A stretch of DNA of 64,000 nt from an uncultured Chloroflexia bacterium (GCA_963714675.1 CAVQPG010000001.1:44598-108597), one strand, 5' to 3'; counted from the first letter of the stretch, positions 39,569 to 48,522 are shown. The notes: a model not told the origin generated them from the sequence alone. Program-made: numbers and translations.

Positions 39569-41917
39569 TCACACCGACGCGGTCACCGGTGCGGACGCGG
39601 CGGGGTGGTCATCGCCGAGCGCCAGGTAGAGCTCCTCCTCCTGCGCCATGTGCAGCCGCAGGATGGCGTCCAGCCCGTAGAGCACGCGCCGCAGGTCGTT
39701 GAGATCCTCGGGCGCCGGCCCTTCCTCGGGCAGCTCGCCCACCATCCGGTCAGCGAGACGGATGAGGTGGAAGATCTCCGTGTGGGTGCGGTGCAACGCC
39801 GAGGTCAGATCGTCGCTCCGTGCCGCTTGTGCGAGCATGGGGAAGATCTCGCGGTCCTCGTGCTCCTCGTGCGGCACCAGCGTCTCGATGAGGAACGAGC
39901 GGGCATCGGCCAAGCGTGCCATGGCCTCAGCGGGAGACAGGTCCCCGAGGGCATCCGCGAGGGAGCGCAATCCAGCGATGGCCGGCGCAAGGTCGCGGTG
40001 TTCGGCCTGCAGACGCGCACTGAGATCGCCCCAGCCGGGGATCCTCGGTGCGCGCTCGACGCCACCGGTGAGGGCTCGCAGGGCGTTGAGGATGACGATG
40101 ACGTCGATGGCCTCCTGGACCAGAGCGCCAGCCACCGGCTGCAGGAAGCCCGCCGCCGCGACGAGCATGGCGGCGATCGACAGCCCCATGCCGATGACGA
40201 CCGACTGAACGGCGATGTGGCGAGCTCGCTGGGCGATCCGGATGCCCTCGGGGAGCCGGTCGAGTCGGTCGACGGTGATGACCACGTCGGCGGCCTCCGA
40301 GCTGGCTGTGGCCCCGCGGGCGCCCATGGCCACGCCGACGTCCGCGCCCGCGAGCGCTGGCGCGTCGTTGATGCCATCGCCGACCATGACGAGTACGCCA
40401 TCGGCCTCCCGTCGCTCCCCGATCACGGCATCGACCTTGTCGGCAGGGGTGCGCTCCGCGAGGACATTGTCGACCCCGATCGCGGCTGCCACGAGGTCGG
40501 CCACGCCGTAGTGGTCGCCGGTCACCATCACGACACGTCGCACACCGACCCGGCGGAGCGAGCGGATGACGCGAGGGGTCTCGGGCCTGATGGGATCATC
40601 GAGGACGAGGGCGCCCACCAGGACCCCGTCCGCGGCGACGTACACGCTCGTGGCCCCCTCCAGGCTGACGCGACGCCGCACGTCGCGCGCCCAGGGCGGC
40701 AGGGACCTCCCGCCGCTCGCAAAGTCGGCGGTACCGGCCAGGACGCTGACGCCAGCGACCGTCCCGGAGACGCCGGCTCCAGGCAGCTCGGTGGCGTCGA
40801 CGGGCAGTGTCAGCGCCACGCCACGCTCCCGCGCACCGCCCACGATGGAAGCGGCCAGGACGTGGGGCGAGACCTGTTCGAGCGAGGCCGCGAGGGCGAG
40901 GACCTCCTCCGGCGTTCGGTCCGGCGCCGTGACCACCTCGGCGAGGCGCGGCCGACCCGCCGTCAGGGTGCCCGTCTTGTCGAAGAGCATGACCCGGGCC
41001 CGGGCCAGGGTCTCCAGGGCTCCGCCGCCCTTGACGATGATGCCGCGCTTGGCCGAGCGACTGATACCCGAGACGATGGCGATGGGTGCCGCCAACAGGA
41101 GCGGGCAGGGCGTGGCCACCACGAGGACGGCCAGGGCTCGTACGGGATCTCCGGAGACGAGCCAGGCGATGCCGGCGAGGACGAGCGTGAGCGGTACGAA
41201 GAGGATCGCGTATCGATCAGCCATGCGCACGAAGGGGGCCTTGGAAGTCTGGGCCTCCTTGACGAGGCGGACGATGCCGGCGTAGGTGCTGTGCTCTGCG
41301 GTGGCCGTGGCGAGCAGGTCGAACGGCGCCCCGGCGTTGACGGTCCCGGAGCTGACGGGGTCGCCGGCCTCGCGCGTGGCCAGGCGGGCTTCACCGGTGA
41401 GGGCCGATTCGTCGAGGACGGCGGGGTCGCCCATGACCGTGCCGTCCACGGGGACCACCTCGCCCGGCTTGACGAGGAGTCGGTCACCTACCGACACATC
41501 AGCGATCTCGCGGTCCTCGATGCCATCGGCTCGATAGCGATGGACGACACGAGGCGCGCGGGAGACGAGCGCGGAGAGCTCCCGGTTGGCACGTCCGGCG
41601 GCATAGCGCTCCAGCCACTCCCCGGTCGCGAGCATGACGCCGATGACGGCCGCGGCCAGCGCCTCTCCGAGCAGCAGCGCACCGCCGATGGCCAGCACGG
41701 CGATGAGGTCGACGCCGGCCTCCCGGTGCAGGAGATCGCGGATGATCGAGATGGCTAGCCAGGCGCCGACCAGCAGCGAGGGGATGGTCCAGGACCACGT
41801 CGCCGCGGCTTCGTCACCGGCGAACGAGAAGGCCAGGCCCAGAAGGAGGCCACCGAGCGTGAGGGGCAGCAGGAGGCGCGCCGTATAGGCGTCCGATCTC
41901 TCGAGTACTCCGCCCAT
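39569..41917 (-). CDS. P1B-type heavy-metal-translocating ATPase with C-terminal hemerythrin/HHE cation-binding domain (P1B-5 subtype)
   Basis: TPCP in the metal-binding TM helix, DKTGT phosphorylation site, GDGINDAPAL hinge; no N-terminal HMA domain; C-terminal ~170 aa carry HxxxE/HHE motifs (LVPHEEHEDREIFPML, HRTHTEIFHL, LRLHMAQEEELY). Confidence 0.85.
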   Translation of the reverse strand: MGGVLERSDAYTARLLLPLTLGGLLLGLAFSFAGDEAAATWSWTIPSLLVGAWLAISIIRDLLHREAGVDLIAVLAIGGALLLGEALAAAVIGVMLATGEWLERYAAGRANRELSALVSRAPRVVHRYRADGIEDREIADVSVGDRLLVKPGEVVPVDGTVMGDPAVLDESALTGEARLATREAGDPVSSGTVNAGAPFDLLATATAEHSTYAGIVRLVKEAQTSKAPFVRMADRYAILFVPLTLVLAGIAWLVSGDPVRALAVLVVATPCPLLLAAPIAIVSGISRSAKRGIIVKGGGALETLARARVMLFDKTGTLTAGRPRLAEVVTAPDRTPEEVLALAASLEQVSPHVLAASIVGGARERGVALTLPVDATELPGAGVSGTVAGVSVLAGTADFASGGRSLPPWARDVRRRVSLEGATSVYVAADGVLVGALVLDDPIRPETPRVIRSLRRVGVRRVVMVTGDHYGVADLVAAAIGVDNVLAERTPADKVDAVIGERREADGVLVMVGDGINDAPALAGADVGVAMGARGATASSEAADVVITVDRLDRLPEGIRIAQRARHIAVQSVVIGMGLSIAAMLVAAAGFLQPVAGALVQEAIDVIVILNALRALTGGVERAPRIPGWGDLSARLQAEHRDLAPAIAGLRSLADALGDLSPAEAMARLADARSFLIETLVPHEEHEDREIFPMLAQAARSDDLTSALHRTHTEIFHLIRLADRMVGELPEEGPAPEDLNDLRRVLYGLDAILRLHMAQEEELYLALGDDHPAASAPVTASV

Positions 41918-42330
41918 GCCCTGCTCTCCGTGGTCTCGTCGTGTTGGCGCCAGTCGATCGAGACTATCGACCAGGCAGCCGGCATGCGAGGGCTGCGTGG
42001 ACCCTCACCGGTGTGCTCGGTGGCAGGTCACGGGCCGTCGCGGTCCCGATGGTCATCGCCCTCCGTGCGAACTCATGGAGCAGTACCGATGGCCTGGCCG
42101 ATGACGTACGTCACGAGCGCGGCCGCTCCACCGAGTGCGAGTTGGAGTAGGCCGCAGCGGACAGGCGAGCGTTCGGTCAGCAGTCTGGTCGCACCGGCCA
42201 ACCGAGACCCGGCAGATGTCAGTCGTGCCAACCTGCGGCTCTCCCGGGACATGCCGGATGACCCTGTGACATCTCAGTGTTCGATGACACATTCAGCGAT
42301 GAGGTCACACGCAACGGTCACCGGGGGTCC

Positions 42331-43440
42331 ATGAACGCCAGCCGTCTACTCGAGAAGCTCGAGGACTTCCGCTTGCTGCCCGTCTTCGTCATCGTGGCCA
42401 TGGCGGTCGGCATCGCCCTCGGCAAGGCACTCTCGATCTCCGACTTCGAGCTGACCCCACCCATCGACGCCATCAAGTCCATCGCGGGGGGCACGTTCGA
42501 TCCGAGCGTGGCGGGCCTCATCAGCCTGGGCGTGCCGGTCGGGCTCTTCCTGATGATGTACCCGGCCATGACGAACGTGCGCCTGGGCGAGGTCGGCCAG
42601 GCCTTCCGCTCGCCGCGCCAGCTCGGGGTCGTGCTCCTCTTCAACTACCTCGTCGCACCGTTTCTCATGCTCCTGCTGGCGAATGTCTTCGTCAGCGATC
42701 CCGAGCTCCACACGGGCCTCGTGCTCTACGGTCTCGCGCCCTGCATCGCCATGGTCATCGTCTTCACGTATCTCGCCAAGGGCAACGTGCCCATGGCCCT
42801 CGTCTTCGTGGCCATCAACTCGGTCGCCCAGATGCTGCTCATCCCGCTCTATGCGCGCCTGCTCATCGGCACCGTCGACTTCGACGTCCTCCTCGTGGGC
42901 GAGAGCGTCCTGTTGTATCTCGGGCTGCCGCTGCTTGCGGGCGTGCTCACCCGCATGGCCGTCGTGCGCCGTGGAGGCGAGGCCGCCATGGAGCGCCTGA
43001 AGCCGGGCTTGAACGCGCTCTCGATCATCGGACTGCTCTTCACGCTCATCGTCATGTTCTCCCTCAAGGGCGACCTCATCCTCGAGCGTCCCGCCATCGT
43101 GGTCGAGATGGCCATCCCGATGACCATCTTCTTCGGGGTCATGTTCTTCGTCGTCCTGCTCATCGGCTCGCGTCTCGGGTTCGGATACGCGGACGGCGTA
43201 GCCGTGGCCTTCAGCACGACGGGACGCGACTTCGAGATCGCCATCGCCATCGCCATCACGGCCTTCAGCCCGACGGTCGCCCTGGCCACGGTCGTGGGCC
43301 CGCTCATCGAGGTCCCGGTCATGCTCTTCCTGGTGTGGGCCGCGATGCGCTTGCGGCCCCGACTCTTCGGGGGCTCGGCCGGCGCGGGCGAGGACCTGTC
43401 CGCACCCGGCTCGGCGAGACCGGGGACCATGCGCTCATGA
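42331..43440 (+). CDS. ACR3-family arsenite/antimonite efflux transporter (BASS-related)
   Basis: ACR3-type 10-TM fold; start at MNASRLLEKL. Confidence 0.75.
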   Translation: MNASRLLEKLEDFRLLPVFVIVAMAVGIALGKALSISDFELTPPIDAIKSIAGGTFDPSVAGLISLGVPVGLFLMMYPAMTNVRLGEVGQAFRSPRQLGVVLLFNYLVAPFLMLLLANVFVSDPELHTGLVLYGLAPCIAMVIVFTYLAKGNVPMALVFVAINSVAQMLLIPLYARLLIGTVDFDVLLVGESVLLYLGLPLLAGVLTRMAVVRRGGEAAMERLKPGLNALSIIGLLFTLIVMFSLKGDLILERPAIVVEMAIPMTIFFGVMFFVVLLIGSRLGFGYADGVAVAFSTTGRDFEIAIAIAITAFSPTVALATVVGPLIEVPVMLFLVWAAMRLRPRLFGGSAGAGEDLSAPGSARPGTMRS

Positions 43441-43523
43441 TCGCCCCTCGAGCCGAGCCGCCGGCCTGTCGGTTCTGCCTGGGTCTGGGGAGACGATATC
43501 CGGACAGTGCCACTCGGATCTCC

Positions 43524-43600
43524 AGCACGGTGCCACAGCGCGACACGGAGGCGGCCTTCCAAGCTGGATGTCGCGAGTTCGAGTCTCGCCTCCCGCTCCA
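43524..43600 (+). repeat. attR-like direct repeat, copy 3: tRNA-Gly 3' half with compensatory T-stem substitutions
   Basis: 43554..43600 GCCTTCCAAGCTGGATGTCGCGAGTTCGAGTCTCGCCTCCCGCTCCA; the T-stem reads GCGAG/CTCGC versus GCGGG/CCCGT in the resident tRNA; the arm motif AGCACGGTGCCAC is conserved. Confidence 0.6.
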
Positions 43601-43763
43601 CTTCCGTTGTTCACGCATGTGACGGGGCAGTGGCTGCGTCGCATCGTTGCCCTCGAAGTGACTTGGTCAGCAGCCCAGGGCCATCCCGACTTGACCAAGG
43701 CCACACTGGCTCGCTGATGGTGCGAAGCCAGACACCATGACGGGACACGAAACGCCGGGGGGT

Positions 43764-43843
43764 CAGAGCACGGTGCCACTGCGCTCAGGCGTCTCGGCCT
43801 TCCGACCTGGATGTCGCGCGTTCGAATGCCGTCTCCCGCTCCA
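43764..43843 (+). repeat. attR-like direct repeat, copy 4: arm plus a degenerate tRNA-Gly 3' half
   Basis: About 90% identical to copy 2 over ~80 nt; the T-stem carries two unpaired substitutions. Confidence 0.55.
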
Positions 43844-43933
43844 CTCCCTCCGCCTGCGCTGCGCGTGACCTCCAGCCCTTGTCGCCCGGGCCGCGACCGA
43901 CCAGGGTGATGGTCGACCGACCGGAGGGGGACG

Positions 43934-44668
43934 ATGCCGCAGCCGGCAGAGGGCGATCACCCGGGCGTGGCCCGACGCTACGAGAGGATCCTCGAACCAC
44001 AGGTGCTCGAAGCCATGCGTCGTGGCTGCAACCTGATGAACAAGGGCATGGTGCCGTTGTGGCGGCTGGGCCTCGGTCGCACGATGAACAGCTGGCCCGA
44101 AGGCGCCGGCCGGATGCTCGTGCTCGAGCACGTGGGTCGGCGGAGCGGTGCCGAGTACCGCACGCCCGTCGACTTCTCGAGGGTCGGTGATGACCTCTAT
44201 TGCCTGGCCGCGTTCGGCGAGAAGACCCACTGGTACCGCAACATCCTGGCCGCACGCGAGTTCGCGGTATGGCTCCCCGATGGGCGCTGGCTGGCCAGCG
44301 CCGAAGATGCCTCGGATGACCCCCGGCGCCTGGACCTCGTGCGCCAGGTCCTGATCGACTCCGGCTTCGCGGCCCGGCTCATCGGGCTCGACCCAGGCCA
44401 GCTGTCGGACGAAGACCTCGACCGGGCCACCTCGACGTACCGACTCCTGCGCATCCACCCGCTGCGCCCGGAAGCCTCGAGCGATGGTCCCGGCAGCCTC
44501 GCTTGGGTCTGGGCGTTCAGCGCGATCGCCATCCTGGTCGTGGTACTTGGCTGGTGGCTTCGTGGTCGGCGCGATTGGGCGCGAGGACGCAACCTGGACG
44601 GCAAGACGAAGGGCGCCACGGATCATCGCGTCGTCGTGACGCGCTGGCGGACCGAAGATGTCGGCTGA
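43934..44668 (+). CDS. deazaflavin (F420)-dependent nitroreductase family protein (Ddn/DUF385) with C-terminal TM helix
   Basis: GRRSGAEYRTPVDF and WYRNILAAREF motifs; GGAGGGGG RBS. Confidence 0.8.
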   Translation: MPQPAEGDHPGVARRYERILEPQVLEAMRRGCNLMNKGMVPLWRLGLGRTMNSWPEGAGRMLVLEHVGRRSGAEYRTPVDFSRVGDDLYCLAAFGEKTHWYRNILAAREFAVWLPDGRWLASAEDASDDPRRLDLVRQVLIDSGFAARLIGLDPGQLSDEDLDRATSTYRLLRIHPLRPEASSDGPGSLAWVWAFSAIAILVVVLGWWLRGRRDWARGRNLDGKTKGATDHRVVVTRWRTEDVG

Positions 44669-44680
44669 CACAATGGCTGC

Positions 44681-45340
44681 GTGACGATCCCGGTCTCGCC
44701 TGCCCCTGCCGCTGCCGTCTTCACCTTTGCCGGCGTCGGTGTCCGCCTGGGGGCCAGCCAGGTCCTCCACGGCATCGATCTGGAGATCCCGGCGGACGGC
44801 ATCACGGTGGTGCTTGGCCCATCAGGGTCGGGCAAGTCGACGCTGACGCGACTCACCAACCGCTTGCTTGACGCCTCGGCCGGAACGGTCAGCCTGCGCG
44901 GCACCGACGTCCGTACCCTGGATGTGCTCGAGCTGCGCCGCACGGTGGGGATGGTCTTCCAGCGCCCGACGCTCTTCGACGGCACCGTCCGCGACAACCT
45001 CATCGCCACGCACGTCGAGGAGCCCGACGCCCACGAGGAGATGCTCGATGCCGTCGGGCTGGAGGCGACCTTCCTCGGGCGCATGGGGGCCACGCTCTCT
45101 GGCGGCGAGGCCCAGCGCGTCTGCCTTGCCCGTGCGCTGCTGATGCGGCCGGACGTGCTGGTGGCGGACGAACCCACGGCCTCCCTGGATCACGAGGCCA
45201 CGTTGGCATTGGAGAGCCTCGCTCGCGGCCTCGCCGACCGAGGCGTACCGATCTTGTGGGTCACCCACGATCTCGGGCAGGTCGAGCGCATCGCCGACCA
45301 GCGCGTGACGCTCGAAGCCGGACGGGTGGTGCCCACGTGA
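44681..45340 (+). CDS. ABC transporter ATP-binding protein (FetA/YbbL-like iron export)
   Basis: Walker A GPSGSGKST, signature LSGGEAQR, Walker B LVADEP; paired with a FetB-like permease. Confidence 0.8.
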   Translation: MTIPVSPAPAAAVFTFAGVGVRLGASQVLHGIDLEIPADGITVVLGPSGSGKSTLTRLTNRLLDASAGTVSLRGTDVRTLDVLELRRTVGMVFQRPTLFDGTVRDNLIATHVEEPDAHEEMLDAVGLEATFLGRMGATLSGGEAQRVCLARALLMRPDVLVADEPTASLDHEATLALESLARGLADRGVPILWVTHDLGQVERIADQRVTLEAGRVVPT

Positions 45341-46110
45341 GCGGACCGGTCGAGCTGGTCGGTGCCATCGCCTCCGGGCTGCTCGTACTGGTCGCCGTCG
45401 GCATCAGCTGGTGGGCCGGCCTGCGCCTCGAACGCGACCTCATCACGGCCGCGCTGCGTGCTGCGGCCCAGCTGGCGCTCCTGGGCCTCGTGCTGGTGGC
45501 CATCCTCACACCGGGTCAACCGCTGCTCCTGTCCTGGCTGTGGGTGGCGGTGATGATCCTCTTCGCGGCCTGGACCGTGCAGCGCCGGGTGCCGAACGTG
45601 CCCCGCATCTGGCTGCTGTCGATGGGCGCCTTCGCGGCTTCAGCCGTGGTCACCCTGGGCATCCTCTTCGGGGCGGGCGTCTTCCCCCTCGACAGCACGA
45701 CCCTGGTACCCCTGGCCGGCCTGATGATCGGCAACTCCATGACCGCGACCGTGCTGGTCGCCCGCCGCATCACGACCGAGTTCAAGGACAAGCGCCTCGA
45801 GGTCGAGGCGCGGCTGGCGCTCGGCCAGCCCTCGTCGGAGGCCGCGGTGCCCTACCTGCGCGAGGCGTTGCGGACAGCCCTCATCCCGCAGATCGAGACG
45901 ACCAAGGCCGTGGGCATCGTCTTCCTGCCGGGCATGATGGTCGGCCTCCTGCTCGCGGGGGTGACGCCGCTCGATGCGGTGCAGGCACAGCTCGTGATCA
46001 TGTACCTCGTGCTCGGCTCGGTCGCGGTCACCACCAGCGTGGTGGCGCTGGGTATGCGCCGCATCCTCTTCACGCCAGCACACCAGCTGCGGCATCTGGT
46101 GAAGGAGTAG
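45337..46110 (+). CDS. ABC transporter permease (FetB/YbbM, UPF0014 family)
   Basis: Eight-TM UPF0014 fold; GTG start overlaps the upstream TGA (GTGA). Confidence 0.8.
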   Translation: MSGPVELVGAIASGLLVLVAVGISWWAGLRLERDLITAALRAAAQLALLGLVLVAILTPGQPLLLSWLWVAVMILFAAWTVQRRVPNVPRIWLLSMGAFAASAVVTLGILFGAGVFPLDSTTLVPLAGLMIGNSMTATVLVARRITTEFKDKRLEVEARLALGQPSSEAAVPYLREALRTALIPQIETTKAVGIVFLPGMMVGLLLAGVTPLDAVQAQLVIMYLVLGSVAVTTSVVALGMRRILFTPAHQLRHLVKE

Positions 46111-46114
46111 CCCG

Positions 46115-47077
46115 ATGCGAGCCATCGTCCAGCCGGGGTACGGCCCGCCCGAATTGGTCGAGCTGCGTGACATGCCGACCCCCAGCCCGGGGGACGGCCA
46201 GGTGCTCGTTCGGGTGCGCAGCTCGTCGGTCAACGCCGCTGATGTCGAGGTCCTCGACGGCTTCTTCTTCAGCCGCATGGTCGCGCCCATCCGGCCGGCC
46301 CATCGGGTGGTCGGCTCCGACGTCGCCGGGGTGGTCCAGCGCGTCGGCGCCGGGGTGACCGACCTGGTGCCAGGTGACGAGGTCATGGGTGACCTCTCCG
46401 AGCACGGCTATGGCGCGTTCGCTGAGTACGCCGTCGCGCCAGCCGAAGCCGTCTGCCGGCTGCCGGTCGGGATCTCACTCGAGGACGCCGGCGCCGTGCC
46501 TTCGGCCGCGTGGGTGGCCATCAAGGGCGTGCGCGACGTTCAGCCGGGCGAGCGCGTCCTGGTCAACGGCGGCGGCGGCGGCATGGGCACGTTCGCCGTG
46601 CAGATGGCCAAGGCGCGCGGAGCTCACGTCACCGGCGTGGACAGCGCGGCCAAGCTGGAGCTCATGCGCTCGCTCGGTGCCGACGAGGTCATCGACTACC
46701 GCGCCGACGACGTGGTCTCCCTGGGCGACCGCTATGACATGGTGCTCGATGTCTTCGCCCGCCGCTCGGTGGCCGAATGGCAGCGAGTCCTGGCGCCGAC
46801 CGGGAAGTACCGCATGGTCGGCGGATCGGCCCTCCGTATCCTGGCGGGCTTCCTGCGTGGACGCATGCTCTCGCGGGCCGATGGACAGAGCCTGGGCCTG
46901 CTCATGGGCTGGCCGCAGACGCGCCTGGACATGGAGGAGACGAACGCGCTGCTCGAGAGCGGACAGGTGCGACCGGTGATCGGGGACCGCTTCCCGCTGG
47001 AGGAGGCCGCGACGGCCCTGCGGCAGGTGAAGGATGGTCGTGCCATGGGCAAGGTGGTCGTCGACATCGGGGCGTGA
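46115..47077 (+). CDS. NADPH:quinone oxidoreductase / zinc-type alcohol dehydrogenase-like (MDR family)
   Basis: MRAIVQPGYGPPELVEL...GGGGGMGTFAVQMAK Rossmann motif. Confidence 0.85.
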   Translation: MRAIVQPGYGPPELVELRDMPTPSPGDGQVLVRVRSSSVNAADVEVLDGFFFSRMVAPIRPAHRVVGSDVAGVVQRVGAGVTDLVPGDEVMGDLSEHGYGAFAEYAVAPAEAVCRLPVGISLEDAGAVPSAAWVAIKGVRDVQPGERVLVNGGGGGMGTFAVQMAKARGAHVTGVDSAAKLELMRSLGADEVIDYRADDVVSLGDRYDMVLDVFARRSVAEWQRVLAPTGKYRMVGGSALRILAGFLRGRMLSRADGQSLGLLMGWPQTRLDMEETNALLESGQVRPVIGDRFPLEEAATALRQVKDGRAMGKVVVDIGA

Positions 47078-47150
47078 GCGCGAGGCCGTTCGCGCAGCTG
47101 ACGGGGGGCTGGGCCGGGCCTGTTGCCTGGGCCCCAGAAGCGCAGCTGTC

Positions 47151-47330
47151 CCTCCCGGGACGCCACGCGACCGGCGGGCCCTCGGTGGCCCCCAGCCGTC
47201 CCACCCGGGACGCCACGCGACCGGTGGGCCTTCGGTGGCCCCCAGCCGTCCCACCCGGGACGCCACGCGACCGGCGGGCCCTCGGTGGCCCCCAGCCGTC
47301 CCACCCGGGACGCCACTCGACCGGTGGGGC
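47151..47330. repeat. 50-bp tandem repeat, about 3.5 copies, each bounded by GGGACG...CGTCCC inverted ends
   Basis: Unit GGGACGCCACGCGACCGGCGGGCCCTCGGTGGCCCCCAGCCGTCCCACCC starting at 47157, 47207, 47257 and 47307 (partial); copies 1 and 3 are identical, copy 2 differs at two positions; the region is intergenic. Confidence 0.8.
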
Positions 47331-47544
47331 GGCCGAATGGGTCTGCTCAGCGGCCGTTTGGCCCTCCCCAGGGGACAAGCAGCGAACGAGACCGTGCCCG
47401 ACGGTCGAGTGGCGTCCCATACGGGACGACTCGGGACCAGGGGCGCTCAGCTTGCGGGACCGGCCGATACCGGGCATCAGCCCTGCTGGACCGGCCGCGG
47501 ACCAGGCCACCTGAGCCGATCTCACGAATCGCGGAGCGGAGCGG

Positions 47545-48522
47545 CTAGGAGCCCGAGATCGTGATGACGGTCTTGCCCTGCGCGTGACCGCTGGCCACGT
47601 GCGCCACGGCTTGGGGTCCCTCATCGAGCGAGAAGGTGCGATCCATGGCGGGCCTGAGCTTGCCCTCATCGACCAGCGCCTTGAGGGCCAGCGCATCAGC
47701 CCCGGTGCTCTGGGAGATGAAGGGCCGGAGCTGCTGCTTGTTGATGATCGAGGTCGCCAAGGCCCTGACCACGTTGTCGACCCCGCCGAACCAGCCGCTC
47801 ACAGAGGCGCCGTTCGAAAGCAGCTTGCCCTCGGGTGTGAGCAACTGCCGCATCTGCCCCATGGGGTAGGCGGCCACATTGTCGAGGATGCGATCGTAGC
47901 GCTCGCTGCTGCCGATGTGATCCTCGGTCTCGTAGTCGATCACGTAATCGGCCCCGAGCGAACGCACCATCGCGACGTTGCGGGTGCTGCACACGCCAGT
48001 GACCTCCGCGCCCATGGCCTTCGCGATCTGGACCGCGAAGCTGCCGACACCGCCCGAGGCGCCGATGACGAGCAGCCGCTGCCCGGGCTCGATCCTGAGC
48101 TGGTCGCGCAGCGCCTGGAGCGCTGTCTGGGCTGAGACTCCCAGGGCCGCGGTCTCGGCGAACGAGAGCGACGCCGGCTTGGGTGCGAGCTTGTCGGTCT
48201 TGGCCACTGCGTACTCCGCGAACGCTCCGGTGCCGTTACCGAACACCTCATCACCGACCGTCACCCCCGAAGCCGAGCTGCCCACGGCCTCGACCACGCC
48301 GGCGAGGTCCATCCCCGGGATGGGGTTCCTCGGCCGGCGCAGGCCGAACATCACGCGCATCGACTTGGGCACCCCGCGGATCACATGGCAGTCACCGATG
48401 TGGATCGACGCCGCGTGGACCCGCACGAGCACAGCGTCCTCCGGCAACTCCGGTCGATCGACCTCACGAACCGACAGCACCGCCTCCGGCTCGCCGTAGA
48501 CCTCCTGGAACAACGCGCGCAT
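47545..48522 (-). CDS. NAD(P)-dependent alcohol dehydrogenase / quinone oxidoreductase (MDR family)
   Basis: MRALFQEVYGEPEAVL...GASGGVGSFAVQIAK; AGGGAG RBS (the ORF-track N-terminal extension over the repeat is rejected). Confidence 0.85.
   Translation of the reverse strand: MRALFQEVYGEPEAVLSVREVDRPELPEDAVLVRVHAASIHIGDCHVIRGVPKSMRVMFGLRRPRNPIPGMDLAGVVEAVGSSASGVTVGDEVFGNGTGAFAEYAVAKTDKLAPKPASLSFAETAALGVSAQTALQALRDQLRIEPGQRLLVIGASGGVGSFAVQIAKAMGAEVTGVCSTRNVAMVRSLGADYVIDYETEDHIGSSERYDRILDNVAAYPMGQMRQLLTPEGKLLSNGASVSGWFGGVDNVVRALATSIINKQQLRPFISQSTGADALALKALVDEGKLRPAMDRTFSLDEGPQAVAHVASGHAQGKTVITISGS

Larger units (their letters stand above)
36835..43553 (+). mobile_element. remnant integrated element carrying efflux/metal cargo (inferred)
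   Basis: Flanked by attR-like copies 2 and 3; cargo is a TetR/MFS pair, a P1B-5 ATPase and ACR3; no integrase/excisionase present. Confidence 0.4.

Noticed and set aside
39266-41758. 830-aa plus-strand ORF
   Set aside because: Antisense to the P1B ATPase gene; low-complexity Asp/Gly/Arg composition.
47151-47330. CRISPR array
   Set aside because: Repeats are contiguous with no unique spacers and there are no cas genes; it is a simple tandem repeat.
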